A DNA stretch of 64,000 nt from an uncultured Bacillaceae bacterium (lineage in GTDB: Bacteria; Bacillota; Bacilli; Bacillales; DSM-1321): contig CAWBND010000006.1 of NCBI GenBank assembly GCA_963790055.1, forward strand, positions 1,416-65,415. The letters run 5' to 3'. Under the pieces are notes generated by a model, which saw only the letters and a list, made by a program, of their open reading frames with translations, was not told the origin of the DNA and did not search any database. The position numbers and the translations under genes are program-made. Within the stretch, counting starts at the first letter, position 1. Each line of letters begins with the position of its first letter. Positions 1-9,500 of the stretch are shown one piece after another.

Positions 1-1172
1 TCCCAATTTCATCATTCTTATAGATTTTGGCCCTCTGCAGCAGTTCTCCTTTTGAAAACTTTTCTGCTGCATCTATTAAATTATTAATCGGCTTTAGAAT
101 AACATCTGTCATTTTTTTATAGATGACCATCGATAAAAGCAGGGCAATAAGGGATAATACAATAGCTGTTTGAATGTTTTTATTGATTTCAGCTGTAAAC
201 TGTTTATCGGAAATCGCGGTAATGATGAGCCAATCTACTCCGTCTTGTTTATATTCTGTTAGTTTAATATGAAGGTTCCCATCTTCTGTTTTTTTGATCA
301 CTTTATTTTCTGCTGTTTTTTTATAATTTTCATAGGCTTCTAGGATGGATTTGTTTTCAATGGTGTCGATCGATATTCTTTTATAGGTACCATCGGAAAG
401 CGGTTGAAAGGATTGATTATCAAGTGAATTTGCCACCAATTCACCGGAGTTTCTTTCAACAACATAAGCCGTTGCCATCCGATCTGCTACGACCTCCTTC
501 AAATAGTCGTTTAGACTTGAAAGAGTAATACGTGTACCTAATACGCCTTGAAGATTCCCTTCTTTATTATAAATTGGATAGGTAGAGGTAAGGACTAAGT
601 CATCTTTTACAAAATGCTTGTATAGGGGAGAAAAAATCGGTTTACCGGCCTCTTTTGTTAAGCTATACCATGGCTCTTGTACGGGGATCAAACTTGCCGT
701 AGTCCTCCACAAATTTTCCTTCCGTCATATCCTCCGTTACCGAATAATAAAAAGAGTGTCCATTCGTTTCAGCATTACTTCTATAGATTTCGATGTCATT
801 GTTTCCATTTCTGCGAGCTCCGTAATAATCGCCATTTTCTAACCCATAACTAATGCTATAGATATTCTCGTTGCTGGATTTGATGATGCTTGCAAAGAAA
901 GCATCTCGTTCAGTCTTATTATTCATATCGACAATCCCATTTTCGATGATATTGTGATTGATTGCATTCATCTCATATGGAAGGTGAATCAGTTCTTCGA
1001 TTTCTTTGAGAATATCTTTATTTGTAGCATTTTCTATTTTTAATATAATACTGTCTGAAGATGTTTTCCAGCTAGAAAAGATGATATAGCCTATTGTAAT
1101 GAGAGTACTCACCATTAGGACGATAAACGAAATGCTAATAATCCCCCTAATTGAACTTGTTTTTTTATCCAT
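1..1172 (-). pseudogene. Membrane sensor (TM-dCache-TM-HAMP, output domain beyond window edge) with a +1 frameshift near 674
   Basis: ORF 663-1172 ends DPRTRAMV*. Removing one base at ~674 gives the dCache motif DPRTRPWY and an open frame to base 1 with a second TM helix and HAMP (LKPINNLIDAAEKFSKGELLQRAKIYKNDEIG). Confidence 0.8.
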
Positions 1173-1399
1173 TCATGTATTTCTCCATTCCGGTACCTCT
1201 TGCATTCGTTCTCATTCGATACACTATTCTAATAATTATGTCTAAAATAATACTTTCTTGCAATACTATTTATCTAGATAAGTAACTTTTTTATAGTTAG
1301 AAGATTAATTACCCCGAAATTTTAAAAATAATGACACTACATATTATGAAACTAATCCCTCTTGTATTGCGTATTTATCGTTAGAAGGAGTGATGTTAA

Positions 1400-2125
1400 A
1401 TGAGCAGGTACGAAGAACAGGCATATGAGGAAATCCGAGCGTGGAAGCGAAAAATGGTAAAAAGGCCAAAAATGGTTCAGCGTTTAACGAAACAGGCACA
1501 ATTAAAAATAAATGAAAAGATTCCTAATAAAGTGCATGAGATGATAACGGCTGCAATTAAAAATTTCGTGAATATGACATTAAAAGGCTCCCAATTAACA
1601 ACGCGAAATAATCAGGCAGTGGATACATCACTTGAGGATCGAGATAAGCTGCTTGCTGATAAATTATCCACTTACCGAAAAACTGCGGTGATTGAAGGAG
1701 CAGGAACAGGAGCAGCAGGGTTACTCGTAGGACTGGCAGATTTTCCGCTTCTGTTATCCATTAAAATGAAATTTTTATTTGAAGCTGCCAATGTTTATGG
1801 TTTTGATACAAATGAGTATGAAGAACGTGTTTTTATACTCCAGGTATTCCAGCTTGCTTTTTCAAGCGCGGAAAAAAGGCAGGAAACAATGGAAATCATT
1901 GAGAATTGGGAAGAAAGAAAAGCCGCTTTGCTTGAGCTTGATTGGAGAGAATTTCAACAGGAATATCGCGATCATATTGACTTTGTGAAAATGCTTCAGC
2001 TTGTGCCAGGCATTGGAGCAATAATTGGTGCTTACGCAAACTATAATCTTCTTGACCAGCTGGGAGAAACAGCAAAAAATTGCTACCGCATGCGTTGGTT
2101 AAACGAAGCCGCTAAGCGTGCATAA
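1400..2125 (+). CDS. EcsC family protein
   Basis: EGAGTGAAGLLVGLADFPLLL and KMLQLVPGIGAIIGA motifs; RBS AAGGAG. Confidence 0.85.
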   Translation: MSRYEEQAYEEIRAWKRKMVKRPKMVQRLTKQAQLKINEKIPNKVHEMITAAIKNFVNMTLKGSQLTTRNNQAVDTSLEDRDKLLADKLSTYRKTAVIEGAGTGAAGLLVGLADFPLLLSIKMKFLFEAANVYGFDTNEYEERVFILQVFQLAFSSAEKRQETMEIIENWEERKAALLELDWREFQQEYRDHIDFVKMLQLVPGIGAIIGAYANYNLLDQLGETAKNCYRMRWLNEAAKRA

Positions 2126-2159
2126 GAGATTTATTTCGACTCTGTTAAATAAAAAAATA

Positions 2160-2187
2160 GAATTGATTCGACTTTTGAATCAATTCT
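2160..2187. terminator. Bidirectional terminator hairpin between convergent genes
   Basis: GAATTGATTC-N8-GAATCAATTC inverted repeat. Confidence 0.6.
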
Positions 2188-2227
2188 CATCCTTGAAATT
2201 CTAAATGGCATTGTTCGTCAGACGAAA

Positions 2228-2551
2228 TTACAAAACTACATCAATATAGTTTCCATCCCCCTTTACAATTGGAAGTCCTTGTTTCTTTAATTCCCTCCAT
2301 ATTTTTCGATCAAGTATAAATGGTCCACTTTTTTGAAATAAATGTACTTCCTGCTCAGGAATTGTTACATGATAGTATTGTTCTTCATTCGTTACAAACA
2401 TTTCATAGTTTACAAGTTGCATAACAATTACTTCATACCTGTCGTCCCATTCTTTCAGTTGGCGTTCTATTATTCCTACAACATGTTTTAAGAATTCTTC
2501 TCCACTTTTATGTCGAGCTATATAAGTTCTTGCTAGGCCGTTTATATTCAT
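2228..2551 (-). CDS. Hypothetical protein (107 aa) downstream of a SAM-I riboswitch
   Basis: ORF with RBS AAGGGAGAG; no family recognised. Confidence 0.7.
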   Translation of the reverse strand: MNINGLARTYIARHKSGEEFLKHVVGIIERQLKEWDDRYEVIVMQLVNYEMFVTNEEQYYHVTIPEQEVHLFQKSGPFILDRKIWRELKKQGLPIVKGDGNYIDVVL

Positions 2552-2602
2552 TATTACATCTCTCCCTTATTTTTTAATATATTTTTCAAGAAAAGAAGCG
2601 AT

Positions 2603-2642
2603 AAAAAGGCTCTTTATCGCAATTGAATGCAACAAAGAGCCT
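2603..2642 (-). terminator. Riboswitch expression-platform intrinsic terminator
   Basis: Minus strand GGCTCTTTGTTGCA...TGCGATAAAGAGCC followed by TTTTT, directly after the aptamer. Confidence 0.8.
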
Positions 2643-2649
2643 TCGCCGT

Positions 2650-2752
2650 TCGTTATCATTCAAAGCTATGCTTTGCTGGTCGAAGCACCTTACCGCTTGG
2701 CAGGTTGCTGTGAAGTCTATGAGCCAGTTCTCTCGTTCACTCGTGATAACCT
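2650..2752 (-). promoter_or_regulatory. SAM-I (S-box) riboswitch
   Basis: Minus strand GTTATC-ACGAG...CTGG...AGCAACC...GGTGCT...CCAG...GATAAC gives P1 GTTATC/GATAAC, P3 GCAAC/GGTGC and the CTGG/CCAG pseudoknot. Confidence 0.85.
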
Positions 2753-2988
2753 TATGAAGGTATTATAATTTTAACATTTTCTTCCAAAAATATGCAACAT
2801 TTTTCTTCTCTTAACAAAACTACCAAAGCGTTGACACCTTTTTCCTCTATATTCTAATAATCTAAGACTTTTATATGTGGCTTAATGAATCATACACTCC
2901 TCTTCCAATTATCATTTTTAAAAAGAACCTAATCTATGCGATTAGGTTCTAGTAAATTACTTTATTCGAACAACAAGAAGACTCTCCG

Positions 2989-3915
2989 TTACAGATTACT
3001 TAACTTACTTAAAAAGTCATTTAGCTCCTCTTCTTTCTTAAATTTAAAAGCGTAGCCAAAATTAGTTGGTGTTTTTCCATTTTTTATGCCCTTAGGGAAA
3101 CGTCGTAATGCCGTACTATGGCTTGGTTCATCGGAAATTTCAAAATTTTTCTTAGCCGTATCTGGATGTAGCACAATGGTTAGTAGCTTATTAGGAAGTA
3201 GGTATATGATCTCTTTATTAATCGTATGTTCAAATTCTGCAGCTTTTTTCGTTTTATTCGTTAACACAAAACCATTTTCGGTAAATATTCGATGAATATC
3301 TTCACTTATAGTCATTGTTTTAACGCCAGCGTTCGGCGTTTCATTTGTCACCTCATTTTGCCCCCTTTCTTTTTCCACTCTGATATCATCAAGTTGCTGC
3401 TTAACCTCTGCCCACATTTCATCGAGTTTTTTATCTAAATAAGGTTTAATTACGTCATCCATGTCCTCCACTTTCAATGCATTTGCTTCTGAAGCAACAG
3501 GGAGTTTATATACCGGGGCCTCAAAATTATAGGTTACGTATACCTGCATATACCAAACGCTGATTTCAAAGAGAAACTTATGAGCCTGTAGCGCGTCGGC
3601 AACTTCCACTTCCGTCACATTATGTGCCGCTTTATTCCCTTTTTTTCGAATCCATTCCAACTTCATATAAATCTCTTCCTCAATCGCATTCTGACGATAT
3701 AATTTATGTATTTTCTCAGCATGCTTAAGTGGATAGACAACCTCCAACTCTTCTTCTTTGCTCATTAACTTCACAAGGTGCTCACTATATAAACGGGCCT
3801 GCATCAATGACGCATGGGGCTCACTAAACATTTTATCTTCTATACGTTGAGCAAGGTCTGCTAAATCGGTAGAGAATTGCTGAACAAACTCAAATAAAAA
3901 CGCCATCTTTCCCAC
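2989..3915 (-). CDS. DUF4145-like protein (resembles HsdR N-terminal region) with an extra C-terminal domain
   Basis: ASLMQARLYSE...IRKKGNKAAH pattern. Confidence 0.7.
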   Translation of the reverse strand: MGKMAFLFEFVQQFSTDLADLAQRIEDKMFSEPHASLMQARLYSEHLVKLMSKEEELEVVYPLKHAEKIHKLYRQNAIEEEIYMKLEWIRKKGNKAAHNVTEVEVADALQAHKFLFEISVWYMQVYVTYNFEAPVYKLPVASEANALKVEDMDDVIKPYLDKKLDEMWAEVKQQLDDIRVEKERGQNEVTNETPNAGVKTMTISEDIHRIFTENGFVLTNKTKKAAEFEHTINKEIIYLLPNKLLTIVLHPDTAKKNFEISDEPSHSTALRRFPKGIKNGKTPTNFGYAFKFKKEEELNDFLSKLSNL

Positions 3916-4031
3916 TCCTATGTCTCAATATCAATTCGAACTAAAAATTTCCTCTATTATACTTGAATTTCCCGATTACATACAAAAAAATTTCAGCAGG
4001 ACATTCACGATTTCACAAAAAATAAGCAAAA

Positions 4032-4106
4032 GGTGGCCCCAGAAATTTTCTGAGACCACCAATCTTATTTTATCCATGTCACTTTAGCTATGCACTCCAC
4101 ATGTGT
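4032..4106 (-). repeat. Orphan rlmD/rumA 3'-end copy A (THVECIAKVTWIK*) plus terminator; att-like site
   Basis: Translates to the TrmA-family methyltransferase C-terminal HVEC motif; followed by hairpin GGTGGTCTCAGAAAATTTCTGGGGCCACC. Confidence 0.7.
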
Positions 4107-4168
4107 CAGGTACTGATCACCTACTTCAACTTACAGAAAAAGGATTACATTGAAAATTACTCTTCCAA

Positions 4169-4642
4169 TTACACACAAGTAAACGATTGAATTTGTCGCA
4201 AACTTACCCCGAAATAAACCCACATAAAACCATTCCAACGATATCCTGAGACAGATGTTCGACCAACAAATGTTGGATAGTACCAAAATTGCTGACGATT
4301 TGTTAGCCACACATACGTATATCTGAATAAACATCCTCTAATACTGCCTGGATCAACTGCAAATGCTCCTGCTTGTTGTGATTGAGTGGGAACATAAGAT
4401 GGTGGTGGGGCGGTAGGCGGTCCGGCTTCTGGTCCTTGACCCGGTGGTGCAATTGAAGGTTGAGAGCCAGGTAGTCCTGGTGGCGGTCCCATAGGTCCTC
4501 CTTGAGAAGGAACCCATTGGTCATATTGACTGTCATAAAGGTCTTCATGGTAGAAATTCTCCGGTAAAAATGGAGTTGAATGGTAATATGCTTCCTGCCT
4601 ATATGGATTGTTATACCATATATGTTCATGACTTAGATACAT
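4169..4642 (-). CDS. Proline-rich, probably sporulation-associated protein (VDPGSIRGCLFRYTYVW family)
   Basis: Pro/Gly-rich middle, conserved aromatic C-terminal domain typical of spore formers; RBS AAAGGAG. Confidence 0.7.
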   Translation of the reverse strand: MYLSHEHIWYNNPYRQEAYYHSTPFLPENFYHEDLYDSQYDQWVPSQGGPMGPPPGLPGSQPSIAPPGQGPEAGPPTAPPPSYVPTQSQQAGAFAVDPGSIRGCLFRYTYVWLTNRQQFWYYPTFVGRTSVSGYRWNGFMWVYFGVSLRQIQSFTCV

Positions 4643-4758
4643 AGGATGCGCTCCTTTTCATTTTAGAATCACATCATTATATTCATTAGTCATTTGTCTA
4701 TCAACTTGTACTTCAAAAAGTTTGTATTAATTTTTTATGTAAAAAAAGCAAATAAAAT

Positions 4759-4832
4759 GTGGTCCCAGAAATTTTCTGAGACCACTAAATCTATCTTATC
4801 AACGTTATTTTAGCTGCGCACTCCACGTGGCT
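4759..4832 (-). repeat. Orphan rlmD/rumA 3'-end copy B (SHVECAAKITLIR*) plus terminator; att-like site
   Basis: Direct repeat of 4032-4106, 726 bp away, with a near-identical terminator. Confidence 0.7.
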
Positions 4833-4887
4833 TGTACGAGTCGTCTTTGATGAACAAAAGTTACACCGTCGATTTCAAATCATGCCA

Positions 4888-6174
4888 TTATCTTACATCA
4901 TCAAGAGATTTCGCCACTGTGTGAGCAATTGGTTTCCATTCAACGTCCTTAAACAGGGCTACAACAGCAATAGGTATATAGGTAAACATAAAAAGCGGAA
5001 AAGTGATTGTATAAGCGATTTTTTTCCAGCTAGAACAATGAATTTTTTTCCACTCCGTCAAGGTTGTAATGAAACCAAGAATAAACAGTATCCCATAATA
5101 CCAGACAACAGATTTTAACATCGCCATAGTGGTTACATGAATCATTTCTTTTCCACCAAATAATTCAAAAATACCAGCTAAGTAGAAGAATCCATTCACC
5201 ACAATGCTGATACTAGAAATAAGCATGGCTGGCATAATCGTCATGGTCATATCGTAACATGAAAACCTGTTACGCTTTCTTCGAAAAATACTACTAACCA
5301 AATCTCTTCCGTATTTAGCAAACACCTGGTAAAATCCCTTCGCCCAACGTAATCGCTGATGCCAGGACTGGCCGAAGGTGACTGGTTGCTCGTCATAGAA
5401 TATGGCGTTTCTGCAGTATCCGATCTTTTCGCCTTTAATAATCTGAGAAACGGAAAACTCAATGTCTTCTGTAAGAAGATGGTGAGTCCAACCTCCATTT
5501 TCTTTGATCAAATCAGCATGTACTAGAAATCCTGTTCCAGAAATGGCACAACTAGTGTGAAGAAACATTCTTGGAAGGTTAAGATATTCAGCTTCATGCA
5601 GGAACCAGAGTGCATAACCTGCAGAAATCCAATTCTGGTCATAGTTCTTGGAGTTTCTATAACTAGTGATTACTCTGTAGCCCTGATTAAAGGTCTTGTT
5701 CATCTCCACTATATAATTCTCATCAAGAAGATTGTCAGCATCAAATACAAAATATCCTTCATACTTTCTGGATGAATATTCCTTTTCGATGATATGTATC
5801 ATATAGTCGAGGGCATAGCCCTTTCCAATCTGATTTTTATTGAAGCGCTCCCTGACAATAGCCCCAGCTTGCTCTGCAACTCGGGCTGTATTGTCCGAAC
5901 AGTTGTCTGCTACAACGAAAATATCAATCAATTCCTTGGGATACTTCTGGTTTTTTATACTTTTGATCAGTTGTTCGATAACGAGTTCTTCATTTCGAGC
6001 TGCGATGATCACTGCGTATCTATAGGGATGAACAGTCTGCATCCCAGGATTTTTGGTCTTTTTGACCTTAAATGAAACAAACATGTATACCATCTGATAC
6101 GAATACATCAATGCAAATAATAGGAACATAAGAAAATTAAAATTAGTAATAAAAGTTGATATATGCGAGTCCAA
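4888..6174 (-). CDS. Membrane glycosyltransferase family 2 (processive-type motifs)
   Basis: DAD, TED and QRLRW motifs; TM helices at both ends. Confidence 0.9.
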   Translation of the reverse strand: MDSHISTFITNFNFLMFLLFALMYSYQMVYMFVSFKVKKTKNPGMQTVHPYRYAVIIAARNEELVIEQLIKSIKNQKYPKELIDIFVVADNCSDNTARVAEQAGAIVRERFNKNQIGKGYALDYMIHIIEKEYSSRKYEGYFVFDADNLLDENYIVEMNKTFNQGYRVITSYRNSKNYDQNWISAGYALWFLHEAEYLNLPRMFLHTSCAISGTGFLVHADLIKENGGWTHHLLTEDIEFSVSQIIKGEKIGYCRNAIFYDEQPVTFGQSWHQRLRWAKGFYQVFAKYGRDLVSSIFRRKRNRFSCYDMTMTIMPAMLISSISIVVNGFFYLAGIFELFGGKEMIHVTTMAMLKSVVWYYGILFILGFITTLTEWKKIHCSSWKKIAYTITFPLFMFTYIPIAVVALFKDVEWKPIAHTVAKSLDDVR

Positions 6175-6519
6175 GCTGATACCTCCACGATGTTATCATT
6201 TGATTTTTAACACTCTTCGGCTGATTTCCCAATAACCTACATGATCATGGAAGCTATGAAGCATAAAGGATCTAAACGTCAAAGTCGTGTAGCTGGGTCT
6301 AGCGGATTTCAAAGAAAATTATAAAGTTTCGTAAAGTAAATTCTGACCTTCCTGTTTACGCGAGTTTTATGCACCAGTCAAAAGGCATCGAGCATCACTT
6401 ATCACCCCTTAAAAATCAAGTATATAACACAAATACAAATTATGGATTACAACAATGTTAAGTCTAAGTAAAATTTTAAACATTCAAAAAATATAAAAAA
6501 TCTGCTTTCCCTCAAATGA

Positions 6520-9500
6520 CTATTTTATTAATTGAAAAGGTAAAGCCTGAACATCCTGGCTACTCGAACCGATGTACGCAACAAATGCACCCGGATCACT
6601 TTTATATTGTAAATCTGAATGATGATAGCGCAACTGCTCCTCTGTAATGGCGAAAGAGATTGTTCTTGTTTCTCCAGGGTGCAACATCACCTTTTCGAAG
6701 CCTTTCAATTCTTTCAATGGACGAACGACTTCCCCGACTACATCTTGAATATAGAGTTGAACAATTTCCTCTCCTGATACATCCCCGTCATTTGTTACAT
6801 CAACAGAGATGGTTAAAGGAGTTTCAGCCGTCATTATTCCATAGGATAGCTTTGCATTTTTATATGAAAAAGTTGTGTAGCTTAAGCCAAATCCAAATAG
6901 AAATAAAGGTTCATTTGGAATATCCAAGTACTTAGAAACATACTTCTCCTCTGCATTGAGCGCGTTTTTAGGACGGCCTGTGTGAAAGTGATTGTAGTAA
7001 ACAGGGATCTGACCAACGGAATATGGAAAAGACATACTTAATTTGGCAGATGGATTCTTATCACCGAACAAGAGATCAGCAATCGCTGCTCCACCCTCAA
7101 TTCCTGGAAACCAAGCTTCAAGAATGGCATCTACTTCATCACAGACACCGTGAAGGTCCAGTGGACGTCCATTAAAAAGAACCGCTATCATGGACTTATT
7201 CGCCTTCTTTAATTTTTTAATTAAATCAAGTTGAACCTGTGGCAAGCAGATATCCGCTCTGCTTGCCGCTTCCCCGCTCATCTCGGAGTTTTCCCCGAGT
7301 GCAAGCACAATGACATCGGCTTCTTCAGCTGTCTTCAGGGCTGTATTTTGCTGTTCGATTGTTCCAGCTTCAATTCCGCAACCCTCCGCATAAAGAAGAG
7401 AATGGGCCCCCACTTTTTCTATAAGTCCATCATATAACGGCACAGCCTCTTCTTTTGAACCCAGCCAAGACCAAGGTCCCAAGATATCATGGTTCTTCGC
7501 AAACGGACCAATAACGGCAATCTTCAGGTCCTTTTGAAGCGGGAGGATATGATTTTTATTTTGTAAAAGGACGATCGATTTAGTCGCTATCTCCCGAGAT
7601 ATTTCACGATGATGTTTGCTCATAATGATTTTTTTCTCTAACTCTTCATCTGCACCACGATAAGGATTTTCAAATAAACCCAGTTTGAATTTTAGTCTTA
7701 AAATTCGGAGTACGGCTTCATCGATCAGTGCTTCATCAACCACTCTCATAGATACTAACCAGGCTAGATACTTGACATAAGCTGCGGTCATCATCTCGAT
7801 ATCAACACCGGCTGTAATGGCTTTATAGGCAGCTTCAGCCTCATCAGCTGCTACTCCGTGTGGAATAAGCTCCTTCACAGATCCCCAATCAGAAATCACG
7901 ACTCCGTCAAAACCCCATTCATCCCGAAGTAACCCGCGCAAAAGCTTTCGGTTCCCAGTGACAGGAATACCGTTAACCGTGTTAAACGAAGCCATGACCA
8001 TTTCAGCACCTTCATCAATAGCAGCCTTATATGCAGGTAAGTAATACTCCCGCAGCTGTCGTTCTGACATATCAACTGTATTATAATCACGTCCTCCTTC
8101 AGAAGCTCCATAGGCGGCAAAGTGCTTTACGCAGGCTGCCAACCGGTACAGATCTTTCTCGAGCTCTGGACCTTGGAATCCACGGACAAAAGCTTTCGCA
8201 AATTGGCTATTTAAATAAGGATCCTCTCCAGTTGACTCCATCACCCTTCCCCAACGCGGATCTCGGACTAAATCAACCATCGGTGCGAACGTAACATGGA
8301 TACCGGATACGGATGCTTCCAAGGCAGCAATCTGGGCACTCTTTTCAGCAAGATCCAAATCCCATGAACATCCTATTGCCAAAGGAATAGGAAAAATGGT
8401 CTTAAAACCATGAACAATATCAGCCATAAATAATAATGGAATACCGAGCCGATTGTTCTTAAGATGTGTTTCCTGAATATTTATAATCTCCTTAGCACCT
8501 GAAGCACCAATGACAGAACCGCTGTTTTGAACGATTTTTTCACTAATACCTAATTCAGTCATTGGACCCGTCATGTTACTTTTATCGTTTGAACCTTCAT
8601 AGAAACCGGAAACTAATTGAATTAATTGAGCGATTTTTTCATCCAATGTCATCTGTTTAAGCAAACATTTAAGCTTTTCTTCACTCATTCTCTTTCCAAT
8701 GTACGTTTCAAGAAAGTCAGCCACCTGAGAGTAAGCATATATCTGACTTTCCAATTTTACTAACTTATGCCCCTCCTCTTTGATTCGGATATACGTAACA
8801 GGATGATTTCGCTTCTTCAGTTTATTCACAATCTGCTCTGATTCTTTAATTGGAACACGCGGGTCATTAACTCCATGAATCACCATAAGGGGAGATGTGA
8901 TGTTATCCGCATGATTCAGAGGATCAATTCGTTCAAAAAATTCCCCATCTTTTTCAATCGTTCCATATTCATCCTCTCTAAGCTTCTTCCGCCAAGGACT
9001 TGTTGTTTTTAGGAACGTTCGTAGACTTGATATTCCTACGATATCGACGGCAGCCGCCCACAAATGAGGATAGTGACTAATAGCCAAAAGAACCATAAAT
9101 CCACCATAGCTGCCTCCCATAACCGCTATCTTACTACCATCAACATTCATATCTTCTTTAAGCCATTCCACTAAAGAAATAAGATCTTTCACAGCATCCA
9201 TGCGTTTACGAACATCATCTAAATGGGTATACGTTTTTCCGTAGCCTGTACTGCCGCGAACATTGGGAGTTACCACTGCATAGCCGAGATGTAGAAAATA
9301 TTGCAAAAGAGGGTTGTAAGTAGCACGACTTTGACTTTCCGGTCCACCATGAATATATACGACAACAGGATGTTTCTCAGCCGCAGATGTCGGTTTATAG
9401 TAAAAAGCAGGTATTTGAAGATTGTCAAAAGAACGAAAGAATATTTGTGTAGGCTCCATTAATTTTCCCTCAAGCACGGGGAGGCGAGAAGTATATGTAA

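Noticed and set aside
6250-6305. Faint c-di-GMP-I riboswitch resemblance
   Set aside because: Wrong strand for the GT2 gene and P1 consensus missing.
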